Source: the human T2T-CHM13v2.0 reference genome, Homo sapiens
DNA: 64,000 nt
NCBI RefSeq assembly: GCF_009914755.1
Contig: NC_060932.1
Strand: one strand, 5' to 3'
Below are positions 52,990 through 64,000 of this stretch, one piece after another. The notes below the pieces were generated by a model. The model was not told where the DNA came from. It did not search any database and saw only the letters and a list, made by a program, of their open reading frames with translations. Position 1 is the stretch's first letter, and the number at the start of each line of letters is the position of its first letter. Position numbers and translations under genes: made by a program.

Positions 52990-54895
52990 AACATTGACAC
53001 AATATCTGTCCTCAAGAATTTTATAATGCAGGATACAGGCAAGTAACAGAAATTACAATGTCTTAGGTTAGGTGTTACAATAGGGTTACTAGATGCTGTG
53101 AGATCAAAGAAGGGCACTCAAAGTGGACTTGTAGGCATGAGAAGGATACCTGAATGAATCAATGTCTAATCTAATATCTGAGGTATGAGTAGACATTAGC
53201 CAGGTGTGATTGACAGGTATGAGAGTGTGGTCTTGGAGAAAAGGAGAATGTTACAGGTAAGGTGAACAGAGTAAGCAAAGACCAAGCAATGTGAAATAGA
53301 AGGTTCACTTGATGAAAGCAGAGATTTTCAGGATGGCAAGGGCATACAGAAGGAAGACAGGTAGCATGTAAGAGACAAAAATCATGGAGCTAAGCAGATA
53401 TTATAGCAATCTGGAATGGGGAGTTCATTATAATATTGTAGTTTATTCTGAGGGCAATGGCATAGCACTGAGTTTTCAGTAGGGACATAATCTTCCCCAG
53501 AGCATTGACACAGGCTCTGTATCTATCTAATACGCACTAAAAACACAGTGTATTTTAGAAATGACATGGTTGTTGTAATCTAGGGAAAGATTAGAGTGCA
53601 GCATGACTGAGGCAGGAAAAATGAGTTGTGAGATTGTTTCAGAAATCCTGGCAAGAGGTGATAGTGGCCTGGAGTAGGGTAGTGTCAGTGGACCTGGAGA
53701 GAAGTTGGTAAACCTGAGAAATATTGGAAAGTGGATTCTACGTGATAAGGTGACTGGGTGGATGTGGAAGGTGAGGAGAGGGAGGTAATAAGAATGCCAT
53801 CTGAGTTTTTTACTTGGATGGCGGTGGGGCTGTCCAATGAGAAAGGAAGCAGAAGAGGAGAATGCTGGGTGTGGTAGAATGGAGCACTTCAGAAAAATGC
53901 TGGGAAATGGTGCCTGCAGGACAGCCTAATGGAGATGCCTGTGAAGAAGTAGGGTGTGTGAGATGGGAGCTGAGGAGAGTGATCTGGGTAGAAACCATAG
54001 GTCCCACCTGTGAGTCATCAGCACCAGGATGGTAATTGAAGTTACAGTGGATGCAAATGTTCATAAGTAATGTTTTGAATGAGAAGAGAAGAGGACCTAG
54101 ATGCAGCCTCTGAGAAATACGTAAATTTAATGGATGTCAGAGGAGGGGAAGCTCACAAGGGGGAACCAAGGAAGACAGAAGCAAAGCCATGTGAAGTGCA
54201 GTTGACAACGGGAGAAAAATGTACTGTAAAGAGGAGCTTTGTCCAAATGATCAAGCAACTGCTTAAAGGTTGAAGTACTCAAAGGCTCTAGTGAGAAGTA
54301 GATAAGTGATGATTTTGATGAATTATTGTCATTATTTTTATTTGGTGGTGGAGAAGGAAGCTAGATTTCAGTGTTAAGGGAATGCACAGTAGATGAAATT
54401 CAGGGAACAGAGAGAGAACTGGCCCCATCAGGTTTTTTATGCACAGGATCCAGCGTCATGTGAGGTGATTATTTTTTTAAGTACAAATACATGAACACTT
54501 AAAAATGCCCTTGGGAAGGACTCAATAGAGAGGAAGTGACTGAAGATAAAGAAATTTGAAGGAGTAATCAATACAGCAAGGGTAGAAGAAGAAAGACAGT
54601 GGGGGATAACACTGAGCACATGGAGGGAAATTAGTCTTAAAGCAAGATGAGTAAAACCTCTTTCAGGGTAACTGTATGGAAGGACTGGATGGATACACAC
54701 ACAGATGAGTTTGTATGCTTCGTGTTAAAAAGTTTTGTTTTAAAAAAACCTAAATCTGGTTGTTTTATCTGCTCTGTGAATTAGGAGGTAAAGTCATCTG
54801 CTGAGAGTAAAAAGAAACATGAGTTTGGGGGTTTGAGATGATATAAGCAGCTTGAAACAGCTACTAAGGAGAAAAGAAGAGTGACAGCCTGGAAA
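52990..54895 (-). mobile_element. long L2 relic
   Basis: TATTCTGAGGGCAATGG, GGCAAGAGGTGATAGTGGCCTGGAGTAGGG, GAGTCATCAGCAC...AATTGAAG, GTCATCTGCTGAGAGT. Confidence 0.75.
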
Positions 54896-55039
54896 TCTCT
54901 TCTAAGTCACCATTTTTCATGGCTGCATAGTATTCTATTTTGTGGATGTAAAATAATTATTTCAGCCATGATTTGTTAGTGGACCTCCAGGCTGAGTTTG
55001 CTTAGCTATTATCATTCATTGCAATGGCTAGTATCAATA

Positions 55040-55550
55040 CATTTATTTAAAATGTTTATTAATTGTCTTCTATGTATAATATAGAGGCTACAGTGATAAG
55101 TAAGACATTATTAAAGTAATGAGCTTCAAATATAATAGAATATGTGACATTATTGTCTCTGAAATAAGAAGAATGTGAAACGTTTCTAAAGAGAGGATCA
55201 AAACCAAAGTGTTACAGGAACACAGAGGAAGAAGACTGTGATTATGGTTTTGGAGGTCCTCCAGCAGCTTAGTAGACAGGATAGCCTCTGATAATGACAC
55301 CAAAGAATGGGTATCATTTTAAAGAAAAGAGTTTGAAGAAGGGCATTCATGTAGAGGGGTTGCCCGAGGCAATGCATTCCAACAAGAATGTGCTGACTTC
55401 ATATCATAATGGGGCATAACATGGCTGGATTGTCATAGAGAGAAATGAAAGAGAAAGGTGGGGATGGGGCTGGAAAGATAGGTTGTTACAACATCATGGA
55501 GGGAGAAGACTCAGATCTTTATTTTATAGACAAAGGTGTGCCATCATTCA
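55040..55550 (-). mobile_element. L2 3' fragment
   Basis: AATGTTTATTAATTG...CAAAGTGTTACAGGAACACAGAGG...ATGGGGCTGGAAAGATAGG. Confidence 0.6.
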
Positions 55551-55958
55551 AGTCCTCAAGAGACATAGGCTCTTGTTGGAAGAAAGAACATAATGGATAT
55601 TTGATTACATAATAAGGAAAAATATGTCACCAGTCAATAAGTACCAATCCTTCGCTTTGACCCATCACAGTTACACAGTGAATTCTTGTTGAATGAATAA
55701 AGGTCAAAGGTAGAAATTGTGAATGTAACTCTTATTCGGAATAGGAAGAGCTTGGCTACAATAACTAAGAAAAACTTCCCAAGTCACTTTTTCATATCTT
55801 TAAGGGAGTGGCTTGACATATTAATCCCTTCCACTCTTGTTTTCTTTCCCTTAAAATGCAAGCTGGCCACTGAAGATTGTTTTCTTCATTTTCGGAGACT
55901 TTATAACCATGATATACTTATCATTACTGATGGACTCATGTAGATGCTAACAAAAGGG

Positions 55959-56181
55959 TCTTTCTTTCTTTCTTACTTTTTCTTTCTTTCTTTCTCTTTC
56001 TTTCTTTCTTTCTTTTTTTCTTTCTTTTTTTCTTTCTTTCTTTCTTTCTCTTTCGTCTTTTTCTTTCCTTCCTTCCTTTTCTCCTTTCTTTCTTTCTTTT
56101 CTTTCTTTCTTTCTCTTTCTTTCTTTTTCTTTCCTTCCTTCCTTCCTTCCTTCCTTCCTTCCTTCCTTCCTTCCTTCCTTC

Positions 56182-56259
<78 letters not shown>

Positions 56260-56281
56260 CTCTTTCTCTTTCTTTCTTCCT
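55959..56281. repeat. ~320-bp polypyrimidine compound STR (TTTC)n/(TTCC)n
   Basis: Read directly; only two purines interrupt it. Confidence 0.98.
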
Positions 56282-57795
56282 GGAAGTTGATATAAGGAAA
56301 CTTGACAATAGAACCCAAGGGTGTTTTCATAGGTGAAATAGTAGGAGAAAAGCTGTTCTTTCTCATCCAAACACCTTCTTCCTGAGAGGCTGTATATCAT
56401 AGTGATAAGAAGGGTTTATTTGTATTGGACCAGTATAAAATGAGTAGTCATGCAGTAATGATACATAAATATATAGTATGATTAGGACTTGATTCAGTCA
56501 AACATTTCACTGGCATTTATGCCAGAAAATTCTAGCTGGAATTTGGCCTGTCTTGAAATGTCCCTCTGTCTTACTTATGTCTAGCATCTCCAATGATGTT
56601 TTTGATATCTCCCTGGAATTTAGTAGATGTGTGTGACATCTGCTACTGAGGTCAAAACGTCCACATTGAAGTCAAAGAAATTACTCTGGAGCCTGTGTTT
56701 CTGTTTATTATGGTCCAGCCAACTCCTACCATTATAATGAATGTTGCTTTGTAGGAGAGTGGAGGTCCATACTGGAATATGTGCATTTGCCACAATGAAT
56801 TAACCAGTAGTTGAGGTAATTGTGCATTCTGAAGTTTAATTCATTTCACGGAGAAGTAATACTTTGATGTTTCACTCAGTTTGACTTTTATTTTCATTAA
56901 ATCAGATTGTAGGATTGGGTTTGGGAGTCCTTTCTCCCTTTGTGTTAATAGTCTGAAAAGATATCATCTACCTTTTTTTTTTTTAACAAAAGGGAAAGCA
57001 GACTAAAGATGGTCAGAGAACAGCTTGCCAGGTAGCAAATTGGAGAAGATGAAAATTATGTCAGACTTCTGTGAAGCTTTTGCTGCTCTGGCCTTAAAAT
57101 CCCTCATCACCTCAGGGCCCTCCACTTTTCTGTTATGGCCAAGTGTACATCCATAGTTAGACCCAATTAGCTCCCAGAGAGGACAGATTTTGTCTCTCTT
57201 ACCCATTCATATAGCTCCCCAACCCAAGATGAGTAGAGTTGACCCACTCCCCTCTGACACTTGTTTCCATGGAAACCCAACAGGGAACAGGAAGAAGAGT
57301 CCAAAATTATGCCTCTTTCAGGGGGCAGAATCCATTAGGCCTGCACATGTGACTGTGGGTTCCTTCACATGGTTATTTTAAAGTAATGAACCTAAGCCTT
57401 TCCTGGGTCTGATTCATGCTTTTAAAAGGTAATGAGAGAACGCTTTCTGAGAAAGAGGTTACCCTTAGTCTATGTTCATCACTAAAGGTAGACTTTCAGA
57501 TCATGCACTGCTAGATGAGGCCCTGTCATTCTGCTGTCATGTGAAAGCTGATGTCAACTTAAGGCTTTGGTTTTACAGGATAAATGCAGAGATGCTGCCA
57601 GAGTTTCAGAGGCTTCTAAGTTTTCTGCCTGATTTATTCTCCTTCCCAAGATTCTTCTCCATCCTTGTTCTTGGAGCCAAATCATGTTAGATATAGAATA
57701 GTGTGTAGTAGTGTCACATACAGAAAACGTTGTATAGGCAAGAAGGTGACCAGTATTATCTGAAGATCTACTATTTCCCAGGCCTTCTGACAGGG

Positions 57796-57798
<3 letters not shown>

Positions 57799-57842
<44 letters not shown>
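57799..57842. repeat. (CA)22 microsatellite
   Basis: Read directly. Confidence 0.98.
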
Positions 57843-57844
<2 letters not shown>

Positions 57845-57999
57845 TTGAATCCTGACAGTAACATTTTGAAGTAGATATTATCTCTGGACAGAGCTAATAT
57901 TTTTGGTATATGTACTAATAATTGTCTGGTATATGTACTTCTAAAGTATCTCTTTCTGTTTTTTTTTTGTGTGTGTGTACAGGTATGTTGAAAAATATT

Positions 58000-58545
58000 T
58001 GCAAAATTTGCATGAATTGGATTATATTGTAAAATATTTCTGCTTAAAAAATGGCATCATAGTGTTTCATCATCGTAACCCACCAAAGTTTATTTTCCAA
58101 TCTTATATTGTGGTTATTTAGGTTACTTCCAATCTTATATTCTTGGTTATTTAGGTTGGAAAATATTCCATCATATGTGCTATCACTGATTAATTTAACC
58201 ACAGCTTTTTTTATATTTAGTAATATCCTTTTATTCCAACTCAAATAATGTTGTGACAAACACTATTGTGGTCACTTTTTGTATGTATTTGATAATTTTC
58301 TTATGGTAAATTACTAGAAGTAAAATTACTAGATTAAAAGGCAAGAATATTTTTAATGATACTTAATACATATTTCCAAGTTGGCCTGAAGAAGAATTAT
58401 TAATGCCTTACATCTGCCCTAGAAGTATACGAGATGGTCCCTTTCCCACACCCTTGCTGAACTAGGTACTTTCAATCCTAATTTATTAACCTGATGGGCA
58501 AAAGATAATATTTCATTTTAAGTTGAATTTTCTGACTAGAGTTTA
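58000..58545 (-). mobile_element. L1ME 3' fragment
   Basis: TATTTAGGTTACTTCCAA...AAATTACTAGAAGTAAAATTACTAGATTAAAAGG...TTCCCACACCCTTG. Confidence 0.6.
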
Positions 58546-59574
58546 TCCCAAGTAAACTTTATTGGTCGAGAACAACAGAACTAATTTCTACTAAAATAAG
58601 AAAAGTTAAGGATTGTCATGTTAGTACCTAGGATGTATTTTGAAACAATTAAAAACTCAAGTGAGTTGATTAGAACTTTATTTTGGCTGTTCATGGTATT
58701 TAGGGACTCTTTTTCCCTATTGAATCATACTGTGTATAATTGCATAAAAACACAGCAGGAGATAGATGTTTTTGAAAAAAATTCAGAAGCCAAATTGGAA
58801 AGGCAGCCCTCATGATTCACATCCTTCTGACTTTATCAGTAATTATTTTGCAAGCATTTCCACTCAGTTTGAAACTTCATAGAAGTCACCATTTTTTTTT
58901 CTGGGTATCATAGAACTATGCACTGGAAAATATGAATGGAGGAGGATTTTTGAGTTGTTGCATAAAAATTGGAAGATTATGAGACCTGAAAATATCCCTT
59001 TTTAGTTTACAATCGTCTATTTGCTTCTACATTAAAAAAAAACTTAGGATGTAATATGTACACAATTTGGATAATGGTATACAATGAAAAAAGTACTATA
59101 CTACCTGGAAGGAAATTTGAGTTTTAACCCAAGATTTATTCAATAGGAAGCTGTGTAACTTTAGCTAGATTATATTACTTCTCTGGTCTTCAATATCACA
59201 ATGCACAAAATGAAAGAGATGGAATAGACAGTGTTTATAGCCCTTTTCCAAACCCAATATTTAGCTCTATTATTTTCTGGGTGGGAAGAGAGATATCTTA
59301 GTGATTAATTTTTGCATAAGTAACCAAATTAACAACAAATCTGGCATTTTCCATTGAATATTCATGAATAACAGGAGGTATTGGGCAGAGAGATAATATC
59401 TTTTACTGTCTATCTACTGTTCTATATTTTTGACTTAAAGAGAGGAAGGAAAATGTCCTGAATTTTCATGTTGACTCTTAGGCTGGAGGTGTATACTTCA
59501 TGTATCAGGTGGCTGAAATTTTAGTTGTGCATGAAAAATGCATTCCATTTCTTGAATGTTTAATATCATTTTCA

Positions 59575-62095
<2,521 letters not shown>

Positions 62096-62186
62096 AAACA
62101 CTGCATGTTCTCACTCATAGGTGGGAATTGAACAATGAGATCACATGGACACAGGAAGGGGAACATCACACTCTGGGAACTATTGT

Positions 62187-62208
62187 GGGGTGGGAGGAGG
62201 GGGGAGGG
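62187..62208 (+). other. L1 3'UTR G-rich (G4-prone) tract
   Basis: GGGGTGGGAGGAGGGGGGAGGG. Confidence 0.7.
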
Positions 62209-62431
62209 ATAGCATTAGGAGATATATCTAATGCTAAATGACGAGTTAATGGATGCAGCACACCAGCATGGCACACATATACATATGTAACTAACCTGCA
62301 CAATGTGCACATGTACCCTAAAACTTAAAGTATAATAATAATAAAATAAAATAAAATAAAGATATATTTTGCTCTCTCACACATACACATACAATTGAGC
62401 ATGAACTGTTTATAGCTTTCTGAATCTAGAT

Positions 62432-62585
62432 GGGACAGCACTGTGATGAGAGCTCAGGTGCTGTGGCTAGATTGTCTGGGTGTGAGTCAGGGCTCCATCA
62501 CTTTCCCATTACCTGAGCCTAGATAAGTTGATTTAAACACTCTGTGCCTCAATTTTCTCACCTATAAAATAAAGATAATAGTATC
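62432..62585 (+). mobile_element. MIR
   Basis: TTTAAACACTCTGTGCCTCAATTTTCTCACCTATAAAATAAAGATAATAGTATC. Confidence 0.8.
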
Positions 62586-63049
62586 TAAAAAAAAAGAGAG
62601 AGAATTAAAAGTGGATAGACATGAATAACTCTGATGATACTGGTTGTATCCCTGAATCCTGCAATATACACATGATTCAATGATCCCATTTTGAAAATTA
62701 AGCTTTTTGAATTGTTTTCCAATGTTAGCAATTGAAATGATCCTAATATAGCAAATAAAAGGGAAGTTAAAACCAAAAGCAAAACTGTCTCCAAATACTT
62801 CTTTTTGGAGGCTTGTTCAGTGCATACATGCATTCTGATGAATATTGAAAAATAATTATAATGATAGTAGTTCAAACAAAGAGCTCTGGGTTCTTAGTTT
62901 GGACTAGAGGCATGCTTATCAAATATGTACTTCTTGGGTCAAAACTACCAACAAAATATGAGACATTATTTTAAAGCCATAGATAAGTAAAAACTGCTTG
63001 GAAAAATTGCACATTTGTAACAGATTTTAGCATGTGCACATTTGAAATA

Positions 63050-63190
63050 ATGGTACTGTTGGTAAGAATACTGAAAAGAAAATTAAGAGAACTGGGCTGA
63101 AGTCCCAGTTTTATATTTAAAGGTGTGCTGCCATGGGTAGGTGGCTTTACCCTGGGACTTAGTGTCCTCTTCTGTGAAATGAGGTGTTTG
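63050..63190 (+). mobile_element. MIR
   Basis: GAACTGGGCTGAAGTCCCAG...CTTAGTGTCCTCTTCTGTGAAATGAGG. Confidence 0.6.
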
Positions 63191-63444
63191 GGATTTGTTG
63201 CCCTATGGGTCTTTTCAATTCAGAAGCTCTCTCTTCTCCTCTCATCCCCTCTCCTCTCATCTCTGCTTTTTCTTCCACTATGGTGTGTAATTCTGATATC
63301 TCAAGTCGTGAGAGGCATAACTGAGCTGGAGAATTTACAAGGAAGGGTGGTGAAGTAATCAAGGTAAGAAAAACACAAAAGCAAAGGATTCTTCAAATTG
63401 GAAAATAGTTTGAGAAGGACCAGATCAATAAGATTAAATGTACT

Positions 63445-63790
63445 TTGTGGTTCACCAAACCATTTTCCCTTTTGCTTCTGAGCACATACCATATTATATT
63501 ATATTATATTATATTATATTATATTATATTATATTATATTAATTATATTATATATATATACTAGATTGCAGTGACGTGTGGCCTTGTGACTGAGATATTG
63601 CTGATAAGATATTAGAATAAATGATGTACACCACCTGTAGGTCTGGACCCTAAACTTCCCACTAAGTCCTCTACATTCATTCATTTCTTTTCTCTACTGA
63701 TTGAATGCAGAGGATCCAGTGGTGGACTCCAAAGGCTCTCAGGATAGATGGAAAGAGCCTTGGTCCATGAATGACTGCATGGAGCAAAGC
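63445..63790 (+). mobile_element. old MaLR/ERVL-type LTR containing (TTATA)n
   Basis: TTGCAGTGACGTGTGGCCTTGTGACTGAG...GATGGAAAGAGCCTTGGTCCATGAATGACTGCATGGAGCA. Confidence 0.6.
63491..63560. repeat. (ATATT)n pentanucleotide STR
   Basis: Read directly. Confidence 0.95.
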
Positions 63791-64000
63791 CATGAGTCTT
63801 TTTCTTTATTGATTTATGTATCCTTCCTTACCTCACTTATTTATTCATTTATGTAACATGGGCCAACATTACCTTTCATCAAAATACCTTTAATAGCACT
63901 GCCAAGGACAGAATGCTCAGCTGAATAGACTTTGACCCTGACTCATTGTCTTATTTTTATTTTTTTCTATTTAAATAAAATGTAACTGATTTTTTCATTC

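Noticed and set aside
52880-53040. Tail-to-tail L2 junction as a miR-28/151-like hairpin
   Set aside because: By eye the two arms have poor complementarity, and the minus copy lacks its terminal ~70 bp.
55936-56400. K/E/R-rich and F/S/L-rich ORFs of 111-154 aa
   Set aside because: Translations of the TTTC/TTCC microsatellite, which has no stop codons.
58095-58157. Two ~31-bp direct repeats (also short duplications at ~57900 and ~43846)
   Set aside because: Only two adjacent units with no spacers: ordinary slippage duplications, not CRISPR-like.

Overview
This window is AT-rich, CpG-poor primate genomic DNA; AluY and L1PA2/3 elements point to human or another ape. It looks intergenic or deep-intronic. 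I recognise no host protein-coding exon, tRNA/rRNA gene or CRISPR array. Much of the window is interspersed repeat: Alus and Alu monomers, many MIR/L2 relics, MaLR/ERV solo LTRs (THE1, MST, MLT1, MLT2A1, MER57), old L1M fragments, hAT/mariner MITEs (MER58, MER33, MER3, MER5, MADE1) and microsatellites. The only real protein homology is LINE-1 ORF2p, in a young 5'-inverted L1PA element at 59935-62360; nearly all other listed ORFs are chance or repeat-derived. I see no evidence of a new multi-gene system. The items most worth checking are structural: (1) a twin-primed L1 lacking a TSD, whose inverted RT segment reads through into an LTR as a 500-codon chimeric frame; (2) a local ~220-bp copy of an L1 5' segment; (3) a TSD-flanked left-monomer-only AluY; (4) a THE1/MLT2A1 convergent cassette with DUX4-like motifs; (5) a CpG-retaining MER57 LTR; (6) a possible short retrocopy. 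Repeat subfamily names come from recalled consensus sequences, and boundaries of old repeats are approximate; both need RepeatMasker/Dfam confirmation.
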